Below, piece after piece: positions 10,951-22,507 of a DNA stretch of 64,000 bases (position 1 is its first letter; every line of letters begins with the position of its first letter). A model generated the notes under the pieces. That model was given only the letters and a program-made list of their open reading frames with translations, did not search any database and was not told where the DNA came from. The translations under genes were made by a program, and so were the position numbers. The stretch lies in NCBI GenBank assembly GCA_963796965.1, contig CAWCNS010000011.1:544001-608000 (forward strand). The letters are read 5' to 3'. This DNA is from Calditrichia bacterium. GTDB lineage: Bacteria > Calditrichota > Calditrichia > JAJRVZ01.

Positions 10951-13900
10951 TTATCTGCGTTTTCTATGCGATATGCGTGGCCCGTGTCTCTCACGAATGT
11001 CAAACTCAAACAAAATACCAAAATAGTAGCGCCATTCATTATCATAGAAGACATTATAACGTTCTACATCATCTAAAGGATAAACCGCCTCCCAAAAAAC
11101 CCTTGTTGGAAAAAGATGATTAGAAAATACATTTAGACGTAACTGAATACCAATATCTTTTTTAAATCTATCCGCATAAATACCGTCCCCATCCCATGCA
11201 TCTCCCCAATCATAGAAAACACCCAAGTAGAGTTTATCGATATAAAGGTTCCAGATCTGCCAGTCTATATTTTGAAGAACTGGAAAACGGTAAGTAAAAG
11301 CTGGAAATGAATTTCTTGGTCCCACCAAGACTGAAGTAGGAATACCCTCTCATCCCCAATAAACCACCTGCCCACAAATAAAAGAAATCATCGACAGGAC
11401 GATCGATAAGACCGGCCTGTATTCTGATAGAAAACGAATGGTCTTTAAATATTGGCGCAGAAAAATACTCCTCCCAATCTAATTCAAAGCGATTAAAGAT
11501 ATATTTTTCATACACCTCAAGACCAACATTTTTACCCGTGTCAAAATCTACAAGAAAATCATTATTTTCCCATGTATATTTAAATTGGACGAACCGCCCC
11601 CCACTGGGATTGATAGTGTGATTTTTATCGTATTTAATGTGATCTGCCTGGGCCCGTACCTGAAGTGCTTTACCATTTAAATAGCGATAGCGAAAACTAA
11701 GAATGTCATTAGCAAAGGGATCAAACCATTGTAATTTGGCATGATAGAGACTCATTATATATGAAAAACGCCATTGGATCGCTTCCGGTAGATAAAATCG
11801 TAGCCCGGCTTGTATCTCAGTCAGATCAAAATTTATATCCTGATCAATAATTTCATAATCACGACCGGTTCTGACGGCCAGACTGTCTGTGATATTTTGA
11901 CTCAGATTATAGGCTTCAATAAACAAAGTTGGAAAAAATTCGCGGTATTCAAAGACACCATACAAATCATAATCCATATTCATATTCATATCCGCCCCGG
12001 CAATAAAGGTCATTTTGTCCAGTACATCCGATGCAAATAAGTAGAATCCTGGTTTAACAGTACCATAGTCAATTAACAACCTGGGCATTATGTGCAAACC
12101 AGTAAATTGTTGACTGTAGGGCCGCGCCTGCCAGTCAGGTAATTGTGAATCATCAAAATTTTTATCGGGTACAGTAGCCAGGTATTTATCATCATATATG
12201 GCTGACTTTGGCTCTACCGGAGCAGGATTATTTAATGTATAAATATGATAACCAAGATTGTCATAACCGGAGTAGACAATTTCATCCTTCTGGTTAACAG
12301 TCTGCCATCACCGCACCACCCGTTACATTGGTTAATAAGTCTACCTTACCATTGTCCAGATTTTTTTTATATATATTATAAATGCCGGTTTCACTGGAGG
12401 TATAATAGAGTTCATTTTTTTGCGGATGAAAGACCGGGTATCGTAATTCTTCTTTTCCGGAAAGTACTATTTCGAACGAGCGGTCATCAAAGTTAAAAAT
12501 GGCTATATCCCGGCCATAATCTATTGCTGTTCCCATTACGAGTTTCTTATCATCAGGTGACCATCGGGGATGATATACTTGTCTTCCATCGGGAAAAGGT
12601 TGTAGTAAACTAATTCGCCCGCCCCTAACTTCCACCTTCCTTGAGCCCTCATTCTTTTGAGTCTCACTCAAGAGGGCGCCACTCTCTGGATCCACATAAA
12701 ACGTTTCCCATGAGCTGGAGATAATGTCATCTATTTCGTATAAAAACAGATTGCTAAGACCATTGTTCTCCGTTACAAATGCAATCTTTTTTCCGTCATG
12801 GCTCCAGGAGGGATTTTTAGATCTCATCTGGCGGGTAAGACGTGTCGTTTTGCGATCTTCCAGGTCATAGATAAATAAATCACGGTACTTGGATCCGGTC
12901 AATCCCGCCGATCGATGAGCAGTAAAAAGAAGAGATTTTCCATCCGGTGAGATGGAGAGGGATGAACTGATCCCGGTGAGATTGATATTTTCTTTTTTAT
13001 CTTCAACAACATCATAGATAACCAGATGGTTTTGTCCCCAGGAATCGCTGCCTTTATTTGAGACATAGAAGATCTTTTCTCCATCAGGTGACCAGATGGG
13101 ATAAAGATTTGAGAATCCTTCGGTCTCAATGGCCTTTCCCTTAATCTTATTGGACAAAATAGTTTGCAACTTGTTCTGATAATTATTTTGTAAATCCGTC
13201 AACCAATCCTGGTAGAGGTCATCACCTGATACACCGGTTGCATTTTCCAGAGCACCATTAAAAGTAAAAACAGATATGTCACCGCTTTGCTTTGTTATTT
13301 TTTCAAGAACATTCTCTCCAAATCTGTTACAAAGATATTCCACGAAGGCAAAACCAAGGTTATAAGCAGATTCATTGCCCTGGCTATTCTTCCCAAAAAC
13401 ACCCATCTCATTATAGGAAAGCATTTTATCCTGAATAACCCGGTCACGCAATACCATTTCGCGATTGGGATCACGATAATCATAGCGTGCGCCTGTTGCC
13501 TGATATTGGGCAACTCCTTCAGCAAACCAGACTGGAATGGTAATCGATGAAATCGGATAAGAAACAATGGTGTTCGGAAATCCACGAACAACATCTTTCC
13601 GTCTTTCCGGCTCATAATTAAAATATTGAAAAAAACCATAGGGTACAGTACGTGAAAATTTGATTGATTTCTGAATCGATATCATATGTGCATATTCGTG
13701 GGTCACCACATCTCTCAACCAATTTCGGGTACCACGCATGACATAATCTAAATTCTGAGCCCATATTTCGACTTTGTTATCAAAGAAATAGGCACCTCCG
13801 TTGGAATAATCATCCGTATCCCGAATAATGAAATGAATTTTCCCCGATGGTCTATAGTCATACAGACTCGTTAAAGGCTCATGAATATCTTCTGCTATTT

Positions 13901-14081
13901 TTCCCACAAGTTTTGCAGTTCTCTCGGTACCATTATGGAAATGGATAAAAAAATGGTCGGTTTCAAATGATTCCCATTTCAATTCCGGATGGTTATACAT
14001 AAACGGATCTTGGGCATATAGCGTGGTAAAAAAAACGACAAAAATTAAAAGTATCTGTATGTATTTGCTAGATAAACTCAT
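10951..14081 (-). CDS. secreted zinc-peptidase (MA-clan-like) + PD40/TolB-like propellers + Omp85/BamA-like barrel; one gene split by two indels (~12300, ~11330)
   Basis: THEYAH and WFAEGVAQY; repeated PxWSPDG(K); C-terminal LGMRGYS..SLGG, FYDWGDAW, KKDIGIQLR strands resembling Omp85 barrels. The gap 12097-12294 translates continuously. Confidence 0.75.
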
Positions 14082-14086
14082 TATAA

Positions 14087-17032
14087 TTATTTAATTACCA
14101 TAATTTTAATAATCTTGAAACTAGATTCAGATGACGCGTTTGCCTGTACCCGGCAAAGATATACACCGGAAGCAACATCGGTTAGATCCCACTGTTGTTC
14201 ATTATGGACATTACCCTGCCCCGGACCCGAGAAACTGGCAACCATATCACCAGCCAGATCAAATATTTTTATAGTGACTTCGGCGTTTTCCTTTAAAAAA
14301 TATCTGATGGTAGTAAAACTTTGTATATTGGGATTCGGATAATTATAGACGCTCGTCCCAGGCATCAGTTCTGAATTTTCAGATATTACAGGATCCAGTC
14401 TTTTTTCAATAAACATATTTCTATTTGCCCGGTAGGAGGATTGGTTCCACCAAACAGATTGGGCATCAAAAGAGGTTTCCAATTGCCAGGCAAAAACCTC
14501 ACCCTTTGTATTTAGAGAATATATCTCAAGAACATCATCGCCATCCAAATCATTTGCGATTGAGGTAACATTAAGTTCTCCACCTGTCGTTGTTGGGAAT
14601 CCAGGCAATACATCACCTTTTAAATCTACAATTATCACCCTTCCTGAAGAAGTCGAAATCATTATTTCCTGTTTACCATCATTATTAGCATCAAAAACAA
14701 GAGGTGTTCCCACAAGACATTCACTCTCTTCAAGATGGAGGTTAAGTGGAAAATTCGAGACCATGCTTCCATTATAGTTTAGGATAAACATGGTACCCAT
14801 TGTGTTAAAGAGAATTTCATAAAATCCATCCCCATCCACATCAGCAAAGGAAGGATTGGAGATTACCGAATCTGGTAAAGATTTCTGAAAGGTTTTTCCA
14901 TCAGAATCGATAGCAAGTTGGTCAGCTGCTATAAGGGTGACGGTTTCGTTTTTTCCATCACTATTCAAATCTATAATCACTGGTGCAATTTTATCAACGA
15001 CCCCCTCACCAAGGCGAACAATTATTTCTGTAGAAGATAAAACCGAAAAAGAAGCAATAGGATCATTATATCTGTAAACGGAATCGAGTTGGCCATCCGT
15101 TAAGGTAAACCGCAAGATATCTCCATCCCTGGTTCCGATATAACAGTAAAGCCCATGAACTACAGGTCCTGCTGTTAACATGCTTTTATGTTGATAAGTA
15201 CTGATTGTGTCAAGAAGAGAGTCTGTATTGGAATCTGTAAATCCAAAGAAGTCAATATATCCATCAGGACTGCATGCTATAAGTTTATCATACTGATTAT
15301 CTGAATTCTCATCAGCCATAGCCAACGAAGCAGGAAAGGGTGTTGAATGATAGGCAGAAATGAGTTTATCAGGATAGAGGAATCCCTCTCCGTTTCCAGA
15401 TATAGCATAAATTGCTCCCGATGAGTCCGAAGTAAATATGACATTTTTACCATTGTATTCGGTAGAACCAACGATGGGATGGGTAAACGTTCCTTGAACA
15501 TCATTGGTTAGCTGGACGGGAAAACCCGCTTCAAAATAATCACGGGTATAGTTAAATGAAATATTTTCCTTATCATTATTTGAAAAATCTGAAAGAATGA
15601 TATGCGAATCGGCGTAATTTCTATTACTTCTGGTATTTGGAGCACTCGATACAGAAAAAATATTCTCATAAAGCGGAGCAGGATTGTCAGAAAACCAAAA
15701 ATCCAGCCAGGTACCTAATTCAGAGTTAAAGCCTGGTTCAACAATTGAGTATTCATAACCGATATCCTGCGACCCATCGGCTTCCTCAAGATCCACTGCC
15801 CGGTTATCCCGGTCATCATTAATTGCATTAAGATCTTTTTTCTCACGGATAACTTTTTGATCAACATGCCAGATCAAAACCCCCCAACCGGGTAAGCCCC
15901 AGTCATAATCATCCAGACTCAACAACACACCGGTCGAATCTGATACTTCAATCCTGTCGGGAAAATATGTTTTAAGAACTTCAAGATATGTTGGGAATAT
16001 ATCACGACCTTCAGCAAGCACAGCAAAAAGGCTATCAATATTCACATCACGATCACCTCTATTCTCAAGCAAATAATATTCATCACTATTGAGAGGGATC
16101 TTAATAATTGAGGGTTCTAAACGTTCTTCTTTTTGGAGGCGTCTTAAATACAGATTGTTTTGCGGGGTGTTTTTAATTGTCACCTCATCCCAATTCATTA
16201 ACTCCCGTGTAAAGGCACATGGCAGAGCAGGGGCAAGACCAAAAAGATTAAAGAGTCCGGAATCCATCAAACCAAACCGGCCAATTCCAGGTCGTTTTGT
16301 CGACGGGCTAAACAAGTCATACATACCCAGGAAACTTCCTATATTCGCAGCAAATATTCCTGTCAGGGCCAATTCAAATCCCGCCTGACTTTCGGTTTCA
16401 GGAAGTATTATCCCATTTCTTATAATGGTATTTCCATTATCAACTCTTATCCCACTAAATGTGTCCCCTAATGCTTTCTTTAAAAATTCATGGGAAATAA
16501 ACAAGGAAGGTATATCCTGGGGCGTTTCGTCAAAGCCAAGATCTATATCATTTCCAACCCCGGCATGAAAGATGGTAACCAAATCATAATCACCGAAAAC
16601 AATCTCTGGGTCCTCATCGGCAAGTTTTACGGCTTCAACAAAAAGCTTTGCCAAATAAAAATTATTTTCCTCTTCCGTTGTATTTGGATTATAATAACCC
16701 ATCGGTTCCGACATTTGATAAGAAGAGATTTGCTGAAGTGGAAAAACCTGGCCTTTAATTTGAAGATGGGAATTCGAGGCAGCCCTGTAATAATTATCCA
16801 CAGCAATAATCTGATCCTGAAAATAGCTGCGGTCATGAGGTGGTGGATCAATGGTATAGGGTGTTACACCGGAATCGTTTAACATGAACCGGCCATCACC
16901 CGTCGTCAGAATATTTTCTTCAGGCTGGAATTCAATTCTGATAGAACATAAATTTAATTTATCCTGTCCAACGAGGGAAGAAACAAATAACAAAACTACC
17001 ATAGCCGCAAAGATTAACTTACTTTTTTCCAA
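14087..17032 (-). CDS. M6/immune-inhibitor-A-like domain + FG-GAP-like repeats + T9SS-type C-terminal sorting domain
   Basis: IFHAGVG, GLMDSG (Met-turn), EYYLLENR, GVLIWHVD, LEEADG; DxxxDG repeats; YNYPNP...ASGVYLCRV terminus. Confidence 0.8.
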   Translation of the reverse strand: MEKSKLIFAAMVVLLFVSSLVGQDKLNLCSIRIEFQPEENILTTGDGRFMLNDSGVTPYTIDPPPHDRSYFQDQIIAVDNYYRAASNSHLQIKGQVFPLQQISSYQMSEPMGYYNPNTTEEENNFYLAKLFVEAVKLADEDPEIVFGDYDLVTIFHAGVGNDIDLGFDETPQDIPSLFISHEFLKKALGDTFSGIRVDNGNTIIRNGIILPETESQAGFELALTGIFAANIGSFLGMYDLFSPSTKRPGIGRFGLMDSGLFNLFGLAPALPCAFTRELMNWDEVTIKNTPQNNLYLRRLQKEERLEPSIIKIPLNSDEYYLLENRGDRDVNIDSLFAVLAEGRDIFPTYLEVLKTYFPDRIEVSDSTGVLLSLDDYDWGLPGWGVLIWHVDQKVIREKKDLNAINDDRDNRAVDLEEADGSQDIGYEYSIVEPGFNSELGTWLDFWFSDNPAPLYENIFSVSSAPNTRSNRNYADSHIILSDFSNNDKENISFNYTRDYFEAGFPVQLTNDVQGTFTHPIVGSTEYNGKNVIFTSDSSGAIYAISGNGEGFLYPDKLISAYHSTPFPASLAMADENSDNQYDKLIACSPDGYIDFFGFTDSNTDSLLDTISTYQHKSMLTAGPVVHGLYCYIGTRDGDILRFTLTDGQLDSVYRYNDPIASFSVLSSTEIIVRLGEGVVDKIAPVIIDLNSDGKNETVTLIAADQLAIDSDGKTFQKSLPDSVISNPSFADVDGDGFYEILFNTMGTMFILNYNGSMVSNFPLNLHLEESECLVGTPLVFDANNDGKQEIMISTSSGRVIIVDLKGDVLPGFPTTTGGELNVTSIANDLDGDDVLEIYSLNTKGEVFAWQLETSFDAQSVWWNQSSYRANRNMFIEKRLDPVISENSELMPGTSVYNYPNPNIQSFTTIRYFLKENAEVTIKIFDLAGDMVASFSGPGQGNVHNEQQWDLTDVASGVYLCRVQANASSESSFKIIKIMVIK

Positions 17033-17113
17033 GTTCTCAGACTCCGTTTTCGCCTCAATTAGAATTGTAGATATGCATAGTTTTTCATGGCCAGCAGTAA
17101 ACAGGACTGAAGA

Positions 17114-18196
17114 CTAAAATTCGATTAATACTGAAAAACGCATTGTATCCGAAAGTGGATGATCATCATTGGCGGAGATATAACCAAAATCAATACCAAA
17201 TATGTAATATTTTAATCCTGCACCAAAGGTTAAGAACTGACGGCCACCATAATTTGCATCCTCATAAAAATAACCAGCCCGCAAGGCTATAAGATTTCCA
17301 TACCAATATTCAAGGCCTACGGAATGTTGAATCTTTTTAAAGGCATCTTTTTCTACCCAGGCTGAATAAAAAATGGATTCGAAAACACCATCAGACCCCT
17401 CTTCGTTGCGAACAACTAACAACTTGTTCATATCATAAACTGCCGTAATTCTATTGAACTCATCATCAATTATTTTATATGCAAGACCCATTTTTATATT
17501 TGTTGGGAGAGGATCGGCCTGGGCCTCATCAATATAGGTCATTTTTGGACCGATGTTGGATAAATTAGCACCAAATGATAAGCGGTTACTAAATATATCA
17601 TAGGCAGGTACCCACTTTACACCGATATCAACGGCAAATGAAGATGACCGGCCATCCCTGTTCTCTGCCCCCACCTGCAAATTTTTATCTGTAAGATTAC
17701 TCTGTATATATTTAAGATTGAGACCTAACCCAAGATTTTCATTCAACTTTGTAGCATAGGAAAGTGTAACCGCATACTCGAAGCTGTCAAATGTACCAAG
17801 ATCATTACCATTTTCATCCGTGGCATGATTCTCCCCAAGATTCAGGTATGTGATACTGGCCCCGATCATTCCGATATCATCGATATAATATCGTGCTGCA
17901 AGAAAATCATACCAGAGATCACTAAAATTAAACTGGGGTAACCATTTAACATGCATCAAAGAAGCTTCTCCGCGACTTTCCGTTTCAGGATTATCATATT
18001 GGAAAGCCAGGCCACCGGGATTCCAAAAGATAGCCGTGGCATTTGTCGCTGTAGCCACACCGGCTTCTCCCATTCCGCCAGGACGTGCATCAGGAGCGAT
18101 TAAAAGAAAAGGTACCGCTGATTCACCTTGTGCAAACAGATTGGACATCAAAAGCAACGCCATCAGACTGATAATTAGCACATTTAGATTTTTCAT
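17114..18196 (-). CDS. porV: type IX secretion outer-membrane barrel PorV
   Basis: AVPFLLIAPDARPGGMGE, IFWNPGGLAF, ADPLPTN, LRAGYFYE, HPLSDTMRFS; start at ATG 18196 after GGAGG. Confidence 0.88.
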   Translation of the reverse strand: MKNLNVLIISLMALLLMSNLFAQGESAVPFLLIAPDARPGGMGEAGVATATNATAIFWNPGGLAFQYDNPETESRGEASLMHVKWLPQFNFSDLWYDFLAARYYIDDIGMIGASITYLNLGENHATDENGNDLGTFDSFEYAVTLSYATKLNENLGLGLNLKYIQSNLTDKNLQVGAENRDGRSSSFAVDIGVKWVPAYDIFSNRLSFGANLSNIGPKMTYIDEAQADPLPTNIKMGLAYKIIDDEFNRITAVYDMNKLLVVRNEEGSDGVFESIFYSAWVEKDAFKKIQHSVGLEYWYGNLIALRAGYFYEDANYGGRQFLTFGAGLKYYIFGIDFGYISANDDHPLSDTMRFSVLIEF

Positions 18197-18379
18197 AATT
18201 AACCTCCATACAAAAAAAAACCGATTATATCGAAAGATCTCCTTTCGCGTATAACCGGTAAACAGAAACCCAAACACATTTCGCTAAAGGCAGACCAATT
18301 CGTCTAAATACATTACGACTATGTAAAAAAAAGCCTTTAACAAACGGTGTATAGGCAACTCCTAAAAAATAGTAAGGAT

Positions 18380-18410
18380 CTAATTTACATTTGTAAATTA
18401 GTCATGTCAA
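18380..18410 (-). promoter_or_regulatory. sigma70-like promoter with overlapping palindromic operator upstream of porV
   Basis: TTGACA (18410-18405), 17 nt, TAAATT (18387-18382); perfect palindrome CTAATTTACA-tt-TGTAAATTAG at 18380-18401. Confidence 0.6.
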
Positions 18411-18458
18411 CTGATTTTATCTTTTAAACACCTTATAATGCAACGTGTTCCAATATTT

Positions 18459-18623
18459 TTAATATTTTTTTGCTTCATCAATAAGCATTACCGGAATATC
18501 ATCCCTGACTTCATAGATTAGTCGGCAGGTTTGGCAAATTAATTCATTCTCATCCGGCTTGTAATCCAAATTTCCCTTGCATTTAGGACAGGCTAGAATG
18601 TCCAATAGGTCCTTTTTTAACAT
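18459..18623 (-). CDS. Trm112/UPF0434 family protein (54 aa, below the ORF-track cutoff)
   Basis: Hand translation: [54 protein letters not shown]. Confidence 0.93.
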   Translation of the reverse strand: MLKKDLLDILACPKCKGNLDYKPDENELICQTCRLIYEVRDDIPVMLIDEAKKY

Positions 18624-18637
18624 ACTAACTAATATCC

Positions 18638-19606
18638 TTATTCATTCCAGAAACCCATTTTAGAAAATTTCTCCATTCTCATCTCTAACAGTTTATCGAC
18701 AGGAATTTTTGAAAGTTCAGTTAAGGCTTGAATTATTTCAGATTTTACTATTTTTGCCGCACCTTCAGGATCCCTGTGTGCACCACCTTCAGGTTCCTCT
18801 ATTATTTTATCAATGACATTTAGATCTAATAGATCTTTCGCAGTGACTTTCATCGCTTCCGCCGCTTGCTCAGCATTTGCTCGATCTCTCCATAAGATAG
18901 CAGCACAACCTTCCGGGCTTATCACCGAATACCAGGCATTTTGCATCATTAGAATGCGATCACCAACCCCAATACCCAAAGCGCCACCACTTGCTCCCTC
19001 ACCGATGACAATAATGATAATCGGTACAGGATAACGGGCCATCTCAAAGAGATTTCTGGCAATCGCTTCCGCTTGTCCTCGTTCTTCTGCTCCAATTCCG
19101 GGAAAAGCACCAGGTGTATCGATAAAAGAAATAATTGGTTTATTGTATTTTACCGCCATTTGCATTAACCGGCGCGCTTTCCTGTATCCTTCCGGATTAG
19201 GCATACCAAAATTTCTGTAAATATTTCCCTTTGTATCCCGCCCCTTTTGATGACCGATAATTACACAGGAAAAATCATCAATCATACCAATTCCACTAAC
19301 TATCGCTTTATCATCTGCATATAGCCTGTCGCCATGAAATTCTTCAAAATAGGTGCACATTTGCTCTATATAATCTAACGTATAGGGTCTTTGTGGATGA
19401 CGGGCTAATTGAACATATTGCCATCGATTCAATTGACTGTAAATTTCTTTCCTCAACTGCTCTGCTTTTTTCTCAAGTCGCTTAATATCATCACCCAGAT
19501 CAACACCTGTAGATGCGGCATATTCACGCATCTCAGTAATCTTACTTTCAAGATCAACTACCGGTTTTTCAAATTCTAAAGCAACTTTAATATTATCAAT
19601 TGGCAT
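18638..19606 (-). CDS. accA: acetyl-CoA carboxylase carboxyltransferase alpha subunit
   Basis: [46 protein letters not shown]. Confidence 0.98.
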   Translation of the reverse strand: MPIDNIKVALEFEKPVVDLESKITEMREYAASTGVDLGDDIKRLEKKAEQLRKEIYSQLNRWQYVQLARHPQRPYTLDYIEQMCTYFEEFHGDRLYADDKAIVSGIGMIDDFSCVIIGHQKGRDTKGNIYRNFGMPNPEGYRKARRLMQMAVKYNKPIISFIDTPGAFPGIGAEERGQAEAIARNLFEMARYPVPIIIIVIGEGASGGALGIGVGDRILMMQNAWYSVISPEGCAAILWRDRANAEQAAEAMKVTAKDLLDLNVIDKIIEEPEGGAHRDPEGAAKIVKSEIIQALTELSKIPVDKLLEMRMEKFSKMGFWNE

Positions 19607-19614
19607 AATATCCC

Positions 19615-20341
19615 CTAATTCAGTCTACCGATGATACTTCTGAATTTTAATTTCCATACCATCCAAACAGCCTCACGAATAATTGCCTTTGACATTTTAG
19701 ATTTGCCAACGGCCCTATCAATAAAGATAATCGGTATTTCCTTAATCCTGAAAGCCTTTTTTCCATGCTTTAAAATTCATTTCAATTTGAAAAGAATAAC
19801 CACCCGATTTCACATTATCCAGATTAATTGTTTCTAGGACGACCCTTCTAAAACATTTATAACCGCCCGTTGAGTCGCAGAGAGGCAAACCAGTGACAAT
19901 GCTCGTATATCTATTTGCAAAATAGCTCAGGAAAAGCCTGCGCAGCGGCCAGTTCACAACATTAACACCGGTTATATATCGCGACCCGATTACAAGATCA
20001 GCCTCTTTGATAGCCTCTAAAAAATTTGGGATTTCTTTTGGGTCATGTGAAAAATCTGCATCCATTTCAAAAATAAATTCATAACCGTTTTGCAGGGCAA
20101 ATTTAAATCCTGCTACATAGGCCGTTCCTAATCCAAGTTTTCCTTCGCGTTCCAATAGGTATAGATTATTAAATGTCTCCTGCAAATCTTTTATATACTT
20201 TCCGGTTCCATCAGGAGAACTATCATCAACAATTAATATATCTATAGAGTGATTAAGATCCGAAATTTCCTTAATCATATTACCAATATTTTCAATTTCA
20301 TTATAAGTAGGGATAATAATTAATGTCTGCTTGTCATTCAT
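19615..20341 (-). CDS. polyprenol-monophosphomannose synthase (DPM1-like GT2); indel near 19750
   Basis: [38 protein letters not shown]; the C-terminus [17 protein letters not shown] continues in another frame to a stop at 19615. Confidence 0.9.
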
Positions 20342-20344
20342 ATT

Positions 20345-21247
20345 TTAAACCTGCTGTGATTTCAACAATTTTAAAGATTGATCAAGATCACCGGGAAGCC
20401 AATCCAATACATTACTCAGCTTGTCAAGATTGAAAGATGAATTCATGGGCCTCGGTGCTTTCTGATCCAATTTGCTTGTTGTAATTTCTTCTATTAATGA
20501 TGCATCAAGATCAAATATTTCGGCAATTTTTATCGCAAAATCAAATCGTGAACATATTTCGTTGCCGGAAATATGAAACAAACCATATTCCCGCTTTACA
20601 AGTAACCGATGAATGGCTTCCGAAAGATCATCAATATTGGTTGGATTTCCCCTCTGGTCATTAACGATTCGAATTTTGTTCCTCGTACTTAACTGTTGAA
20701 TGACCCAGGTTAAAAAATTGTTCCGTATATTTTTTCCCCATCCATAAAGAACCTGAGATCTCGCAATTATATAGTTTAATCCACAGTTATGTATTAACTT
20801 TTCTGCAGCCAACTTAGTATGCCCATAATACGAAACCGGATCTGTATCATCACTTTCTTTATACATACCGGAATTACCATTAAATACGTAATCTGTAGAT
20901 ACTTGGACAAATATTGGTGAAAAATTATTAACTGCTTCTAAAAGTAGTTCCACACTCTTTACATTTACTGCCCAACACTTGTCACGTTGTTCTTCGCTTA
21001 AATCAACATTGGTAAATGCTGCCGAGTTAATTATTATGTCAGGTTTATTCATATTAAAATAATCCTGAACACCCTGCCGTTTAGTCAAATCTAATTGATC
21101 GTATTGAGTAAGTGTTTTTTCCGCATTGAAATCTTCTTTAGATAAATCACATCCATATACATCAAAATCGTGGGCAAATCGTCTTACAAGAGATTGCCCC
21201 AAAAGCCCGTTTGATCCGGTTATTAGGATTTTAGTCTTTTCTGACAT
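20345..21247 (-). CDS. rfbD: dTDP-4-dehydrorhamnose reductase (RmlD family)
   Basis: GSNGLLG, STDYVFNG, YGHTK, DQRGNPT, APRP. Confidence 0.85.
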   Translation of the reverse strand: MSEKTKILITGSNGLLGQSLVRRFAHDFDVYGCDLSKEDFNAEKTLTQYDQLDLTKRQGVQDYFNMNKPDIIINSAAFTNVDLSEEQRDKCWAVNVKSVELLLEAVNNFSPIFVQVSTDYVFNGNSGMYKESDDTDPVSYYGHTKLAAEKLIHNCGLNYIIARSQVLYGWGKNIRNNFLTWVIQQLSTRNKIRIVNDQRGNPTNIDDLSEAIHRLLVKREYGLFHISGNEICSRFDFAIKIAEIFDLDASLIEEITTSKLDQKAPRPMNSSFNLDKLSNVLDWLPGDLDQSLKLLKSQQV

Positions 21248-21536
21248 TATATAATAATTTGATATATTTTCAAAGTTTTTCCCATCAAAATTTAATTATT
21301 TTCGTGGGAAGAGAAATATACGAAGAATATCAGATAATTTTAATAGAAAAAATGTGTTTTTTGATTTTCTTCAGGAAAATCTTCAATTAGTTAACGGCTC
21401 AATTAATTTCCCGATAAAAAAAATATCTGATAATTGAACAAGGTAATTCTCTATCAATTATTGTGATATTCTGAACGGATTAGAAAGGTAAGTTAAAGAA
21501 ACACGAAATTGAAAAGCAATTTTTCTTTTATTTAGA

Positions 21537-21995
21537 TCAAATCTTCGAGCCTTGAATCTTGAACTTCTCTAATTTTGATTTTATTTCCACGTCATGAAGT
21601 GATAAGATCTGAGCACAGAAGACACAAGCATTTCTAAATCCTGCAGTCCCAACTGCAAATGTTGCTACGGGTACTCCTGCTGGCATCTGAACGGTAGAAA
21701 GCAGGGCATCTACCCCATCCATAATTCCACCCGGAAGCGGGACGCCTAGAACAGGGAGGTCTGTATGTGCGGCAACTGCTCCAGCTAAATGCGCAGCCAT
21801 TCCCGCACCGGCAATAATAACCTGATAACCATTTTTTCGTGCTCCTTCTGAAAATGCGGCAACTTTTTCTGGCGTTCTATGTGCAGATAAGATTTCCAGA
21901 TCAGCCGTAATATTAAAATAATCCAGATACTTTTTTGACTCATCCCAATATTTTAAATCTGATTTACTCCCTAATAATATTCCAACTTTGGCCAT
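21537..21995 (-). CDS. purE: N5-CAIR mutase
   Basis: GSKSD, SAHRTP, AGAGMAAHL, VQMPAGVPVAT. Confidence 0.97.
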   Translation of the reverse strand: MAKVGILLGSKSDLKYWDESKKYLDYFNITADLEILSAHRTPEKVAAFSEGARKNGYQVIIAGAGMAAHLAGAVAAHTDLPVLGVPLPGGIMDGVDALLSTVQMPAGVPVATFAVGTAGFRNACVFCAQILSLHDVEIKSKLEKFKIQGSKI

Positions 21996-22000
21996 ACTGT

Positions 22001-22495
22001 TTATCCTCCTGAAGTACTGATCTTTATGTTTCTTGCTCTACCCTGTTTACCTATTTTCTCAAAACAATAATAGATAATATCGGTTACAATTTTTGTATTA
22101 ATGGGCAGATAGAGAGAATTGATTTCTGCTCCATATTGCGTACTTATAACCCCAATCTTTTTTAGAATCTCAAGTTCTGCCTCAGTTAATTGTCGAAACC
22201 TGGTTTTTACAAGCAGGCTACCATCTGGCGGATTAATTGTTATCTCTAATTTATCATGCGGATATAGACGAGAAGATATTAATATCCAACTTAATTCACC
22301 TAATTTTAATTTACCAAGTAATATCCGTAAATAATTTCTAATATATGCTTTTTCATCTTCGTAGGTTTTGTTCCAAATCCTCTCTTCGATCCGTCGTTTT
22401 TCATATTTTCTGCGCAGACCTCTAAATAGATAATACATTGAAAAAAGTATCACACTTGTCGTAGTAAGTACAATAACAGTAAATAAATTTTCCAT
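22001..22495 (-). CDS. hypothetical protein with N-terminal transmembrane anchor
   Basis: 164-aa ORF packed between operon neighbours; one N-terminal hydrophobic helix. Confidence 0.7.
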   Translation of the reverse strand: MENLFTVIVLTTTSVILFSMYYLFRGLRRKYEKRRIEERIWNKTYEDEKAYIRNYLRILLGKLKLGELSWILISSRLYPHDKLEITINPPDGSLLVKTRFRQLTEAELEILKKIGVISTQYGAEINSLYLPINTKIVTDIIYYCFEKIGKQGRARNIKISTSGG

Positions 22496-22507
22496 GCTAC
22501 ATGATGA

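Noticed and set aside
18197..18277. N-terminal extension of the PorV ORF to 18277
   Set aside because: A strong GGAGG RBS and signal peptide begin at ATG 18196; the extension overlaps the hairpin and U-tract.
21248..21536. AT-rich 290-nt gap between purE and rmlD as a possible ncRNA or small ORF
   Set aside because: No convincing ORF, stem structure or repeat found by eye.
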